Below, one piece after another: positions 1-10,330 of a stretch of DNA of 64,000 bases. Position 1 is the first letter of the stretch. Each line of letters starts with the position of its first letter. The notes under the pieces were generated by a model. That model had not been told where the DNA came from. It did not search any database and saw only the letters and a list, made by a program, of their open reading frames with translations. Origin of the DNA: a virus; the IMG/VR virus record IMGVR_UViG_3300028392_000041, positions 1 to 64,000 of that record, one strand, 5' to 3'. A program made the translations under genes and the position numbers.

Positions 1-22
1 CTGGACTAAGTTGAAAAGGCAT
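1..22 (-). CDS. gp18: Tail sheath protein gp18, 5' end only (MPFQLSP...), runs off the window
   Basis: ATG at 22 reads MPFQLSP, matching the typical gp18 start M-x-F-Q-x-S-P-G; AAGGAG SD upstream; lies directly after gp17 as in T4-like synteny. Confidence 0.75.
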
Positions 23-90
23 TGTAATTCTCCTTGTTACATGTACATGTTATTTGTTTGTGCCATTGAAAGTTTAAGCATTCACTAGAT

Positions 91-98
91 TATTTAGT
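91..98 (-). promoter_or_regulatory. T4-type late promoter variant ACTAAATA
   Basis: NNTAAATA motif in the gp17-gp18 intergenic region; the same motif precedes many late genes here. Confidence 0.6.
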
Positions 99-101
99 AT
101 T

Positions 102-1736
102 TTAGAAGTTTAGAAGAGGTTTTTCCTCTGAACCCTGTCCGTCTGCTATAAACCCAAATGGGGTTAATTCATTTTCAATCGCTTTTATTCGAGACCTGTA
201 GATCAGATCCCTTAGATTGATATCATTTAAATCTTTAAAGTATGGTTGGGTAGTTAGCCAACCAAATAAAACCAAAGTCATTACTAGATCGTCACAGTAC
301 CCATCATCTGCAGCATAAGAACCCTTTGATTCAATAAAAGTTGTAATCTCTGAAATAGTATCGGCATCTGGAATCAATAACTTTTGTTCCTCGACCATAG
401 TTTTCAGGTTCATACAACCAATTCGTTTTACCTTTCTATCAGTAATCACACCCAACTGGGCACGACCACCACCGAAACCACCAGAAATTGTTTGTCCTTG
501 GGTGTTTCTATTCACGAACAAAAGGTTATCATATTCTAATTCGTTATGTAATATGTTAGCGACCTGCTCACTTATATTTATCTCTACTAAAATGTAGGCA
601 TTATTATATTCTTTAGCTACCTTGTATATAAAGTTCGGGTAGAGCAGCGCAGATACATCGTTTTTTCTAAATTTGGCAACCTGTCTGTATGGTGCCGATG
701 TAATATCAATAACTGAGAAAGCCGAATAGTCGCCTTCAACACCTGCCGATACATCGGCAATTAACACATAAGTGTGTGGTGGTTTCATAACTGGCTTACC
801 AAAGTTATCAAAGTTACCAGATTCCATTTCATAGACTGGTTCTTCAAATACATCTAGTCCATCTTTTGAAAACATAGGATAAGTCGGCGACATCATACCA
901 ATAACATCAGCATTGATCAAAGTCATTGCCGAGCCAAGGAACTTACATAGTACCTCTTGGTTAAACTTTAGATCGCCAAGAATGCCCTTCTGCTCATCAG
1001 CCCATTCTCTAGTTCTTCCTGGAATTTCCCAGTAAGGAATAAAACAATTTACAAAACCATTGCGACCATGTTCGGCATCGTTCCAAAATTTCCAGAAATG
1101 ATTATACCCAAGTGGGGTACTAGATAACAAGATTTTTGTCGTTTCGCCAGCTGAAATTGTAGGATAAACAGAAGTAAAAAACTGCTCAGCAACAGTGTTA
1201 GGAATGATCGCTGCCTCATCGACATATAAAAGATTAACAGATTTACCACGAATACCAGAAGCAGAAGTAGCAGCAGTGAAAACTTTAGATCCATTTTCTA
1301 ACTCAATATCCCCTTTATTCCAACCACGGATACCTTGTTGCATCCAGATAGGAAGTCCCTCATACATAGTTTGATAACGAGTAAGAACCTCACGAGCAGC
1401 AGTTGCTTTATTGGCAAGGATCGCAACAGTCTTGGCTTCTTGAAATAATGTATACCAAAGAATATAAGCAGCAGAAGTAGTTGTCTTACCTTGCTGACGA
1501 CCTTCCATCAAAATAACTTTTCTGTTAGTATGAATAATATCTAACTTTTTCTTTTGACAATCATATAGTTTAAACAACTGAAGACCATGGTCAAGCGTAA
1601 CAATCTGGCAGTAGTTTTCAATAAAGTAAATATAGTCAGTTTTACACTTAATAATTTCCTGCACCTGTTCTGGAGTATAGTTGACCTGTACTCCAATCGA
1701 TTTCAGATTGGGATTTGCATTATAAAAATCAGCCAT
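102..1736 (-). CDS. gp17: Terminase large subunit
   Basis: Walker A-like RQQGKTT, Walker B LLYVDEAA, SSTPLG coupling motif, RNase H-like ADVSAGVEGDYS and DDLVM. Confidence 0.97.
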   Translation of the reverse strand: MADFYNANPNLKSIGVQVNYTPEQVQEIIKCKTDYIYFIENYCQIVTLDHGLQLFKLYDCQKKKLDIIHTNRKVILMEGRQQGKTTTSAAYILWYTLFQEAKTVAILANKATAAREVLTRYQTMYEGLPIWMQQGIRGWNKGDIELENGSKVFTAATSASGIRGKSVNLLYVDEAAIIPNTVAEQFFTSVYPTISAGETTKILLSSTPLGYNHFWKFWNDAEHGRNGFVNCFIPYWEIPGRTREWADEQKGILGDLKFNQEVLCKFLGSAMTLINADVIGMMSPTYPMFSKDGLDVFEEPVYEMESGNFDNFGKPVMKPPHTYVLIADVSAGVEGDYSAFSVIDITSAPYRQVAKFRKNDVSALLYPNFIYKVAKEYNNAYILVEINISEQVANILHNELEYDNLLFVNRNTQGQTISGGFGGGRAQLGVITDRKVKRIGCMNLKTMVEEQKLLIPDADTISEITTFIESKGSYAADDGYCDDLVMTLVLFGWLTTQPYFKDLNDINLRDLIYRSRIKAIENELTPFGFIADGQGSEEKPLLNF

Positions 1737-1739
1737 TAT

Positions 1740-2465
1740 TTAAAAGGTATCGTTCCAAGTTTCAGTAATTGTTTTAGTAGTAAAGTCGCCGTGAGCAGTA
1801 TATTTTCTGTTTGGCTGTGTATCATTAATAAAGACAGTAGTAATTGGACCAGCATTTGTAACTGGACCATAGAAATTAGATTTAACAGTAAAGTTAAGTG
1901 TATAAGTTACAAATCTTCTCTCTTGAAAAGTTCCGTCATAATTATCTTCAATGTTTACACTGTTTAAAATAATAGGAATATCCATAGTTAAATCTAACTC
2001 TGGAACAGCATTAATACTTAGAGTAAACTCAGGAGTAAAGAATGGAAGAATCTGTTCAACAATCTGAAGACAATCTTCTTGAGTTTTTGAAATAATATAA
2101 AGCGAAATGTCAAAGTTATATGGAACAGGACTATACGCTTGGTTTACTGTTGTTGGCGATGTATCGCTGTTATTGGCAGTAATTTTATTCATACGATTTG
2201 TTTTTCTTGACGCATCGTATGCCATACTTGTAATTTCAAAAGACATTCTTGGAAGAGTAATATAAGTATTTTTTTCCAATCCTGGATCTTGTTCAATACG
2301 AACTAACCATTTTTCTTTTGGCGCATATGTTAATGGAACAACAAGAGTTTGACCAATTGTCCCATCGTTTTTCTCACGCTGAATTTTAATATTGCTGAAC
2401 AGACTGCCGAATGATACGATAACTTTACGAGTCAATCCGTGATAGAATGGTGGGATATTAAGCAT
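1740..2465 (-). CDS. gp15: Tail sheath stabilizer / tail terminator
   Basis: FGSLFSNI, VPLTYAPKEK, LPRMSFE, QIVEQILPFF motifs; synteny 13-14-15. Confidence 0.93.
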   Translation of the reverse strand: MLNIPPFYHGLTRKVIVSFGSLFSNIKIQREKNDGTIGQTLVVPLTYAPKEKWLVRIEQDPGLEKNTYITLPRMSFEITSMAYDASRKTNRMNKITANNSDTSPTTVNQAYSPVPYNFDISLYIISKTQEDCLQIVEQILPFFTPEFTLSINAVPELDLTMDIPIILNSVNIEDNYDGTFQERRFVTYTLNFTVKSNFYGPVTNAGPITTVFINDTQPNRKYTAHGDFTTKTITETWNDTF

Positions 2466-3523
2466 TATTGAATATCTCCGAACGGATTATTAACATTGAA
2501 AACAACATCAGTTGCTTCAGCTTTAAATTTAATATTGTCACCATAAGAGTTTGGTAAATCTGGATTTGATTCGATAGTTGCTACTGCAGTAGCTGGAGTT
2601 CCAACATACAATAATATTGCTGAACCATTGGCAGCAGAGCCAGTTGTATGTGTTGGTGGAGTAGAACCAAGAGTTCCTGCAGTTGTTACTTTATAATTTT
2701 TGTTGCTATATGAAACATTAGTATTAGTATTTACTGAAGCAGATGCAGTCCACCAATAACCAATTTTAATAGTTGGCGCAGTATCATATCCAGTACCAAC
2801 ATCTAAAATATTAATTGCTGAAACTGACCCAGATGTTAATTCTAGCGAAAGACTTGCTGGCTGGAATGCAGCAGTTCCACCACCACCTGTTAATGTAATA
2901 GTTGGCGTAATAGTGTATCCTGCGCCTGCACTGGTAATATTAACATGAGTAACTGAACCAATCGCATTTCTAGCATAGTCAGTGTCATATGTTTTAAGTG
3001 TTTCAAATACATCAATATCTTTAAGACCAGTGTCAATGTGCTCAGAAGCATACTGGAACAATTCAACATTAAGACGATAAACATAAAGTTTACCAAGTTG
3101 ATAAAATGGATCTTGATGTTGAACAAACTTAATTTCAAATAGACCTTTAGTCAAAGGAAAATAAAGTAGATCTCCTTCGTTTGGTCTATTTGGTAATTGA
3201 GTCTGACCAAATCTGCCTACCAACTGATCCCAACGGCGACGAGCAACAGTAAGAGTTGCTGACTGTTCCATCATTAAACCAAACTTCTCAATGAAAGCAC
3301 CTTGACCTTCAAATCCTTGATTAGTTTCAAGATACATCTCTATACCATATGCTTCTTTAAACTCAGACAGTCTGTCTTCACCAAGAATATTATCTTTGGC
3401 TACGAGTGTTCTTGGGATATAGTAGAAATCTTGCCCATAAATCTGCATTGATTCGATAATAATATCTTCAAGAAGATACTGTTCGTTTGCAGTTCCTTGG
3501 GAAAAGTAGACATTGCGTGGCAT
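2465..3523 (-). CDS. gp14: Neck protein gp14 with inserted C-terminal modules
   Basis: ESMQIYGQDFYYIPR, RPNEGDLLYFP, PFYQLGK, terminal NPFG. Confidence 0.92.
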   Translation of the reverse strand: MPRNVYFSQGTANEQYLLEDIIIESMQIYGQDFYYIPRTLVAKDNILGEDRLSEFKEAYGIEMYLETNQGFEGQGAFIEKFGLMMEQSATLTVARRRWDQLVGRFGQTQLPNRPNEGDLLYFPLTKGLFEIKFVQHQDPFYQLGKLYVYRLNVELFQYASEHIDTGLKDIDVFETLKTYDTDYARNAIGSVTHVNITSAGAGYTITPTITLTGGGGTAAFQPASLSLELTSGSVSAINILDVGTGYDTAPTIKIGYWWTASASVNTNTNVSYSNKNYKVTTAGTLGSTPPTHTTGSAANGSAILLYVGTPATAVATIESNPDLPNSYGDNIKFKAEATDVVFNVNNPFGDIQ

Positions 3524-3526
3524 TAA

Positions 3527-4564
3527 TTACCCCATCATGAAGTCAAGTGGAGCAGATTTATTTTGTAGTTCGTCTTCTAGTGCTTTAATTTCAGCATTCG
3601 CTTCGTTATACAGCAAATTGCCATCCAATGTTACACCACCTGGAAGTTGTAAACCACTAAACTTTTTCAGGTTGGTTCCCCACTGACGCTTGAACAACGC
3701 AGTAGTATAACGCTTGAGCCATGGTTCATTCCATACTTTAGTAAACTCAACAGGATCTAAACCACGATATGCTTCAATAATAACATAGTTACCAACATCA
3801 ATCTTTTGACCATTGAGCCAGTCAATGTCAATCTGTAATCTGTTTTCTAAACGATTGAAACGATAGATAGGTTTACCATTAAGCAACAAATCTAATGTTG
3901 CTAAGTGTTGCATAACAGTTGTGTAGTAAATCAATGAAGTACTAGACAAATCGTAAAGATCGTTTAATCTTAATTGATATTGTAAGTCAAAAATTGATTT
4001 AGAAGAAGATGTTCCTTGAAATAATGGCATAACTCTTGTTACACCATAAACTGAATCGGCGATAGGAATATATTTGTTCTCGATATCGCCAGGAGTAAAC
4101 CAATCAGTGGCAGTGCTAATTGTTCCAGTTACTGTGTTGCCATTAACATCTTTTCCAACAATAGTTTCTCCAGGAGTAAACATAATTGTCGGTCCAACTG
4201 GACGACCAGTAACAACAGGAATTAGACGAGCAACATAAAGTAAAGATTGATCAGTGTTATATGGAAGCACACCATTTTGTGAACCATACACAGTTGCAGC
4301 AACACCTGAAGTTTGACCAACAATTTTAGAATTGCCAGCAAAAGACAATCCATTATTAGATGTAATCTTCATTGTTGAAGCAGTAATCTGATGCTTTAAA
4401 TATAACTTCTCAATACCATCATAGTGATATAAACGAAAAATATCTAACGACTCGTCAATACGATCTTCTAATTGATCATCGTCTACATTTATCTCAAGCA
4501 CAGGTGCGCCAAGATTGCGTAGGCAATAATTTTTAAAGTCGGCTCTAGTTGCTGGAATCGCCAT
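3527..4564 (-). CDS. gp13: Neck protein gp13
   Basis: LRNLGAPVLEINVDDDQ, KRQWGTNLKKF, LPGGVTLDG motifs. Confidence 0.93.
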   Translation of the reverse strand: MAIPATRADFKNYCLRNLGAPVLEINVDDDQLEDRIDESLDIFRLYHYDGIEKLYLKHQITASTMKITSNNGLSFAGNSKIVGQTSGVAATVYGSQNGVLPYNTDQSLLYVARLIPVVTGRPVGPTIMFTPGETIVGKDVNGNTVTGTISTATDWFTPGDIENKYIPIADSVYGVTRVMPLFQGTSSSKSIFDLQYQLRLNDLYDLSSTSLIYYTTVMQHLATLDLLLNGKPIYRFNRLENRLQIDIDWLNGQKIDVGNYVIIEAYRGLDPVEFTKVWNEPWLKRYTTALFKRQWGTNLKKFSGLQLPGGVTLDGNLLYNEANAEIKALEDELQNKSAPLDFMMG

Positions 4565-4565
4565 A

Positions 4566-6731
4566 TTAGTTTCCTAGTTTTGCTTTTAATTCTTCGATTT
4601 GTTTTTGCTGCTCTTTAATTGCTTCGACTAACAATGGGATAACTCTTTCGTATTGAATAGTTAAATATTTGTCATCAATTGGTGCAGGAACAACAACCTC
4701 TGGGAGAACTGCTTGAACTTGCTGAGCAGATAAACCAACTTCTTCCTTTGAAGAATCATATCCCAAAGCTGCAGCTGTTTGATTTGCTGTATAATGAAAA
4801 CCATCGAGAGATAAAACTTTCTCAAGAGCATTTTTAATATTGCCCTTACGATCTTTTAAACGATCATCAGAGTAGTAAGAAGTAATTGCAGCAGTTGCGC
4901 GAATCTCGCCATCAGTAGTATTTGTTGTACTACCAACTGCCAAACCACCACGGATTAATGTTTGACCAGTTACCGAAGAACCAATATTAATAGTAGTAGT
5001 AGAACCAGTGGTACCACCAGTACCGATGTTTATTGTTTTAGTAAATGCTCCAGACAATGCAGCAGAACTAATATTCCAAGTAGAAGAAGCACCTGTTCCA
5101 CTATACCCAATAGTTCCTGAAGTGACAGAACCAAACGCAGAAAGAGTAGTTAAATTAGTATTGAATAATGTTAGTGTACCAGTAGAAGAAGAAGCGATCG
5201 TTGGTGATGCTCCATTTATATTCAATGTAGTAGCATTACCGAGAGTTACGGTAGCATTATTAATTGAAGCAGTACCAGTAGATGCACCGATAGAAAGAGT
5301 AGTAGCTGCGCCACCAATGTTTAGTGTTGTAACTGTTGAATTAAACACAGAAGCAGTAGTGCTAGTTGTAGCAATTACTGGTGAAGAACCATTAAGGTTT
5401 AATGCAGTAGCATTTGATAATGTTACTGTTGGGTTGGCGATAGTCGCTGTACCACTAGAAGCACCTAGTGCTAAAGTAGTGGCTGCGCCAAAGGCATTAA
5501 CAGTAGTGGCAGTTGCGTTGAACACATTCTGTGTTGTTTGAGTACCAACTAGAGTACCAGTATAATCTTTTAAGTTAGTTCTGTTCCATTGACCAACCTG
5601 AGTTGCACCATTACCACCAGAGTTTTCTGCGTAAAAATCTAAGTCACCATTTGATGCACCAGCAGAAGTTTCTGCTTGGATATATGTGTAACCATCAACA
5701 GACTTAACACCACCAAGCGATGACCAAGCACCTGAAGAATATCCTTCAAATGTAGATTGAGTAGAATTATAACGAACCATACCAACTGCTGGTGTATATG
5801 GTCGTTGTGCAGTTGTACCTGATGGAACTTGTAGGTAACCAAGAGTGGTAAGAGAAGTAACAGTACCAGCAGTTGGAATTGTTCCGCCAGTAACTGTATA
5901 GGTAATGCTTGTTCCAGAAACAATGCTTGCTACAACTACGCTGGTTGGAGAACCACCAAAGAGAGTTCCAGTACCAGCAGTGGCAGAAATATTTTGTCCA
6001 ACATTAATACCAGTGGTAGATGTTATACCAGTGAGTGTTGCTGTCCATGGACCAGTACCAGTAATAGTTCCAACAGTTGCACCACCATAACTTCCATTGC
6101 TCATTGTTATAGAAGTGACACCAGCAAACGATGTTGTAGTATCGCCAACCTGCGCAGCAGTAGAGCCAATTGTTAAAGCAGAAGTAACCCAAGAAGGAGC
6201 ACTAGATGCACCAGTAGAGCGAAGAACATATCCTGAAGCACCTGGAGCAATAAATGCAGTTGTATTAGTATCTGATTGATAAACTAGATAACCTGCAGAA
6301 CCACCTTGAATGTTTGCAGCATTGGTAGCGTTAGTAGCAGTACCAGTAGTAAGAGAAGAAGCGTTTACCCAAATTGGTGTACCACTACCAGCAGATTGTA
6401 GCAACTGGCCAGAAGTACCAGCAGAATTAAGAGCCAAACCACCAGAAGTAGAATAAGCAACTGCGCCAGCTGTAGCAGTTAATGAAGAACCAGTACCACC
6501 ATATGTTAAACCAATGGCATTACCAGCCCATACAGAATTGGTAGACAATGTTTTATTTGTTAGTGATTGAGTTGCAGAAAGAGTAACAACTGTCGCTCCA
6601 CCACCAGCTGTGGAACCATCATGCAAACGCAATGTTTTTATATCGGTATCATAGGTGATCTCACCCTGTGCTCCAGTAAAAGCATTGTTTTGTGTAGTTG
6701 TACCTCTTCTAAATTGTACTTGGGATGACAT
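4566..6731 (-). CDS. Tail fibre-like protein with Mtd-N-type N-terminus and C-terminal peptidase S74 intramolecular chaperone
   Basis: QVQFRRGTT...GEITYDTD..LRLHDGSTAGG N-terminus; Thr/Gly/Ser-rich shaft; YYSDDRLK...GLSAQQV...LLVEAIKEQ chaperone and coiled coil. Confidence 0.8.
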   Translation of the reverse strand: MSSQVQFRRGTTTQNNAFTGAQGEITYDTDIKTLRLHDGSTAGGGATVVTLSATQSLTNKTLSTNSVWAGNAIGLTYGGTGSSLTATAGAVAYSTSGGLALNSAGTSGQLLQSAGSGTPIWVNASSLTTGTATNATNAANIQGGSAGYLVYQSDTNTTAFIAPGASGYVLRSTGASSAPSWVTSALTIGSTAAQVGDTTTSFAGVTSITMSNGSYGGATVGTITGTGPWTATLTGITSTTGINVGQNISATAGTGTLFGGSPTSVVVASIVSGTSITYTVTGGTIPTAGTVTSLTTLGYLQVPSGTTAQRPYTPAVGMVRYNSTQSTFEGYSSGAWSSLGGVKSVDGYTYIQAETSAGASNGDLDFYAENSGGNGATQVGQWNRTNLKDYTGTLVGTQTTQNVFNATATTVNAFGAATTLALGASSGTATIANPTVTLSNATALNLNGSSPVIATTSTTASVFNSTVTTLNIGGAATTLSIGASTGTASINNATVTLGNATTLNINGASPTIASSSTGTLTLFNTNLTTLSAFGSVTSGTIGYSGTGASSTWNISSAALSGAFTKTINIGTGGTTGSTTTINIGSSVTGQTLIRGGLAVGSTTNTTDGEIRATAAITSYYSDDRLKDRKGNIKNALEKVLSLDGFHYTANQTAAALGYDSSKEEVGLSAQQVQAVLPEVVVPAPIDDKYLTIQYERVIPLLVEAIKEQQKQIEELKAKLGN

Positions 6732-6751
6732 TTATAATTCCTCTTTCGATA

Positions 6752-6759
6752 TATTTATG
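6752..6759 (-). promoter_or_regulatory. Late promoter variant CATAAATA
   Basis: NNTAAATA 20 nt upstream of the fibre gene start at 6731, with a GAGG SD. Confidence 0.55.
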
Positions 6760-9619
6760 CTTGCGCTTCAGACCAAAATAAGTTAATATTTGCAACAGCT
6801 GCAGCACTGTCTAAGTTTTTAACAACAATTGCCAACATGTCTGGTCCGTCTGGATAGTTAGCATAGCCACCAATTGATGAGTTTGATAATTCTTTCAACT
6901 GACCCAAGTCAATTTCAGCGAAACCATTTGGTTGACCAAGAGTTGAAAAGTTTTGTTCACCTGGAGTTGCAGCAGTTGAACTGCTTGTAGAAATCTGAGC
7001 AAAAGATGGCTGTGAACCAAGACCAACAGTATTAACAGATGTCCATGTTAGTGATGTTGCATCAATATTTCCTGGATTCAAAATACCAGTTACCTGAACA
7101 GATTTATCAGACTGGACCTGTAATTTTTGTAGTAGCAGTAAAGATCTATTAACTAAATCTCGATCGCCAAGAGTTCCTGAAATTGAGTTAGATACCGATG
7201 GAGCCAAACGAAGGAAGAATGCAGTTTTAGATTGATTACCAGTTAATGATATACTAGTGGCAGTATAGTTAAAGTAGTAACCACGATCATTATCAAATCC
7301 ACCATCAATAATATAAGAAGAACCCCAGTGGCAGATTGTTGGTGAAGCAGTAACAGAAGACAACCACACGGCAGTTTGTCCATTGCCAACTGCATGAGAT
7401 GCAGCAGTAGTTCCAGTAAATGTTTGTGATTTACCACCAACATACTGGGTGATAGATGCGCCACGGGTACAACCAGTTAAATTATTTCCAGAAACACCTG
7501 AGAAGTTAATTAGTTCGCCTTCAATATTAACTGTTCCACCGATAGTCGGAAATCTAGAAGCATCAACTAAAGGTATAGTTGTTACTGAACTATTAATTGA
7601 TGAAGAAAGAACTGAAACTGCTGATTCATTTTTAACTTGATAACGAACTGATTGGTTACCAGTTCTCATATATGCTTCATCGTTTAAATTATTTTGTTTC
7701 ATACGATGAGCAACAACAAAGTTACCATCTGACCCACGCATCATAAAATCAATAAAGCCAGCACCGTACCATGAGAATGAAATTCCCATCATTTGCATTT
7801 TGTTTAAATTCACATTAAACCCAGAGAATCCAGTTCCGTCCATCTTATCAATATTAAATTGAGATTGTGGAACTCGTGTATCTGAAACCAAAGCGTATTT
7901 AATTGAAGCCGATGAATTAACACCACGATACTCTGGGTTAATAGACATAGTATTGTCATCGGTAATAGAACCAACTTTATATGTCATACCACGAATAACA
8001 ATATTATCGCCAATTTTTAATTGTTGAGTAAATCGACAAGAGCCATTACCAGTCACAGTTTGCGATCCTGGAGTTACAGAAATATATGCTGAGAGTTGAT
8101 AAGTTGCTGATCGTTTAACGCATGCTAATTCTTTACCATCAAATTCCCAGAACACACCATTTTGTTCATCGAATGGACCACAACGAACAGTTGCGCCAGT
8201 CCAGTTTGTACAAGTTACACGAGGGAAAGAAGTAATAACAGCAGAAGCAGATCCTAACGCTGATGCAGCAACTACAGTAAACACTGTTTCTGAAACAATA
8301 CTATTTACACCATATGTCCCATTATATCCCGATGTTAGAACACCTGCGATTTGAACAGTGGAGTTGACTTGAAGACCATGATCAATTTCAGTGGTAACTG
8401 TAATTAACGAACCAGATGTAGTTCCTGATGCAGAAATTTGATCAAGGTTAATAACAGGATTAAACAAAACACCTGAAGACCAAAATAAACCTTTACCTGA
8501 TTGGTAACGCATGTATTTTTTAGTCTGACGAGAAACAGAAGCACCATGAGTTGGAACAAAGTTACCCAACTGAACACCACCATCAAATGGGCGATGAAGA
8601 ACGAATGCATCTGAACGAGTATAAACAGACATGTTAATTGATGAGTTGGCAACAGCGCCACCAACACGAGCAGTAAAAGTAAATACTGTTGGAGATGTAA
8701 CTGTTTCTGCGTAAAAATTACCAGTGAGTAAAGAGTGGTTAGTACCGCTAGAAATAGCAACACCAACAATAGGAGTTCCTGGAACAAGACCATGATTGGA
8801 TGAACAAGTTACAGTAATTTTAGAAGGAGAGTTAGCATCCGATGTAAACGATGCAGTATTTAATGATGATCCTGCATAGAAACCACCACGACGAGCATAT
8901 GTTGATGCATTATAAAGCGACAATCCGTTTGTTCCAACAATACCCTTTGCGTAGTATGTTAATGTAGTTGAAGTTGGAACTGTGTTAATAACAAACGAAC
9001 CTTCAGCACGAGAAGATGATGCTGTATTTGCTAATCCATAAACAATAACTGGAGTAGCAACTGTTAAACCATGATCAGCAGAACAAGTAACAGTAATTAA
9101 AGAAGGAGAAGAACCATCAGTTGTTACATTAGTAACGAATAAATCTAGTCCTGGCTTTTCAAAAATACCTGGAATGTTTTTTTGGTCAAAATAGTTTTGC
9201 CATTTAGTTGGTTGTAGACCATACTCAAAGTCAGCGTCAATCAATGCCTGCGGGTTAGCAACACGCATGCGTTCAATAGCATCAACACCGAAAGCATAGG
9301 GGCGAACAATATTACCTAAGTTCTTTGGAGCATCAGTATAGATGGAAATTTTATCTGTCGACAAATACATTGAAGTATCGGCAGAAAATGTTAATGTTGA
9401 AATACCTTGTTGTTCAGAATAAAAAGTAGTATTATCTGCAGGATCATACGCAATAGTACCACTACGAGTTGGATCACCAATCGCATATAAGTTTGTCTGA
9501 TTTGTTTTGTTTGCGATAATTAACAGTTGAGTTAAATCACACTTGCCTGGAAACTTTAGCGTACCTGCGCCAGCAATTCCTGGAGTAAAAATATATTTTT
9601 CAATTAACTGGCGTGCCAT
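6755..9619 (-). CDS. Large virion structural protein (beta-rich repeats)
   Basis: 954 aa; repeated HGL..G..V.I modules; LIDADFEYGLQPTKW and RYQSGKG motifs typical of T4-like aquatic phage structural proteins; late-gene context. Confidence 0.65.
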   Translation of the reverse strand: MARQLIEKYIFTPGIAGAGTLKFPGKCDLTQLLIIANKTNQTNLYAIGDPTRSGTIAYDPADNTTFYSEQQGISTLTFSADTSMYLSTDKISIYTDAPKNLGNIVRPYAFGVDAIERMRVANPQALIDADFEYGLQPTKWQNYFDQKNIPGIFEKPGLDLFVTNVTTDGSSPSLITVTCSADHGLTVATPVIVYGLANTASSSRAEGSFVINTVPTSTTLTYYAKGIVGTNGLSLYNASTYARRGGFYAGSSLNTASFTSDANSPSKITVTCSSNHGLVPGTPIVGVAISSGTNHSLLTGNFYAETVTSPTVFTFTARVGGAVANSSINMSVYTRSDAFVLHRPFDGGVQLGNFVPTHGASVSRQTKKYMRYQSGKGLFWSSGVLFNPVINLDQISASGTTSGSLITVTTEIDHGLQVNSTVQIAGVLTSGYNGTYGVNSIVSETVFTVVAASALGSASAVITSFPRVTCTNWTGATVRCGPFDEQNGVFWEFDGKELACVKRSATYQLSAYISVTPGSQTVTGNGSCRFTQQLKIGDNIVIRGMTYKVGSITDDNTMSINPEYRGVNSSASIKYALVSDTRVPQSQFNIDKMDGTGFSGFNVNLNKMQMMGISFSWYGAGFIDFMMRGSDGNFVVAHRMKQNNLNDEAYMRTGNQSVRYQVKNESAVSVLSSSINSSVTTIPLVDASRFPTIGGTVNIEGELINFSGVSGNNLTGCTRGASITQYVGGKSQTFTGTTAASHAVGNGQTAVWLSSVTASPTICHWGSSYIIDGGFDNDRGYYFNYTATSISLTGNQSKTAFFLRLAPSVSNSISGTLGDRDLVNRSLLLLQKLQVQSDKSVQVTGILNPGNIDATSLTWTSVNTVGLGSQPSFAQISTSSSTAATPGEQNFSTLGQPNGFAEIDLGQLKELSNSSIGGYANYPDGPDMLAIVVKNLDSAAAVANINLFWSEAQA

Positions 9620-9628
9620 GTTATTCCT

Positions 9629-10249
9629 TTAGAATCCAAAAATAATAGAGTAACCAAGATAATCAGATTTTACTGATTGGTCAAGGTTGTTCAATGAGAT
9701 AATACCTGTGAAACTTAAAATACCTAGATCGTATACATAACTATTTGATCCAGTAACTAATCCTTCATCTTCACTAATAGAAGCTACATCATAAACAAAC
9801 CCAAGGTCTGATAGAGTAGATCCAAAAATAGCAGAAGCAACAGTTGCGTTGGAGTCAGCATTGATCCAGTTAGCACCATTATAAGTAAGAACTTGTCCAG
9901 AAGTGGAACCTGATAGTGCCACATCAGAAAGCGACGCTAATGAACTACCACCTGGAGTTGCCCAAACAACACCTGAACCAGTAGACTTTAAAAACTGTCC
10001 ATTAGAACCTGTGTTTCCACCTGCTGTTAAAGAACCAGTCAATACAGCAGCAGAAAGAGTTTTGTTTGTTAGGGTTTGTGTGCCAGTGAGAGTAGCAACT
10101 GTGACGATGGCATCGACACCACCTGGGGATTTTAAAAAGAATAGATTGCCATCATAAGTGTTTAATGCAAGTTCGCCCAACGCTAAATCTGTCGTTTCGG
10201 GATTTTTGCTCGCTACTGAAGAGCGTTTGATTAAAACTTTATTGGCCAT
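9629..10249 (-). CDS. Putative fibre-associated virion protein
   Basis: IKRSSVASKNP..LALGELALN N-terminus shared with the neighbouring fibre; QTLTNKT and LSDV...GQVLTYNG..W motifs. Confidence 0.6.
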   Translation of the reverse strand: MANKVLIKRSSVASKNPETTDLALGELALNTYDGNLFFLKSPGGVDAIVTVATLTGTQTLTNKTLSAAVLTGSLTAGGNTGSNGQFLKSTGSGVVWATPGGSSLASLSDVALSGSTSGQVLTYNGANWINADSNATVASAIFGSTLSDLGFVYDVASISEDEGLVTGSNSYVYDLGILSFTGIISLNNLDQSVKSDYLGYSIIFGF

Positions 10250-10330
10250 AATAACCTATTCTATTTAGAAAACAATACTCAGTATATACTGAGATGGTGG
10301 GACTTACACCCACCATGTATTTATGCTACT

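Noticed and set aside
102-1736. Intein or intron in the terminase
   Set aside because: Length (544 aa) and motif spacing are normal; no splicing or homing endonuclease motifs seen
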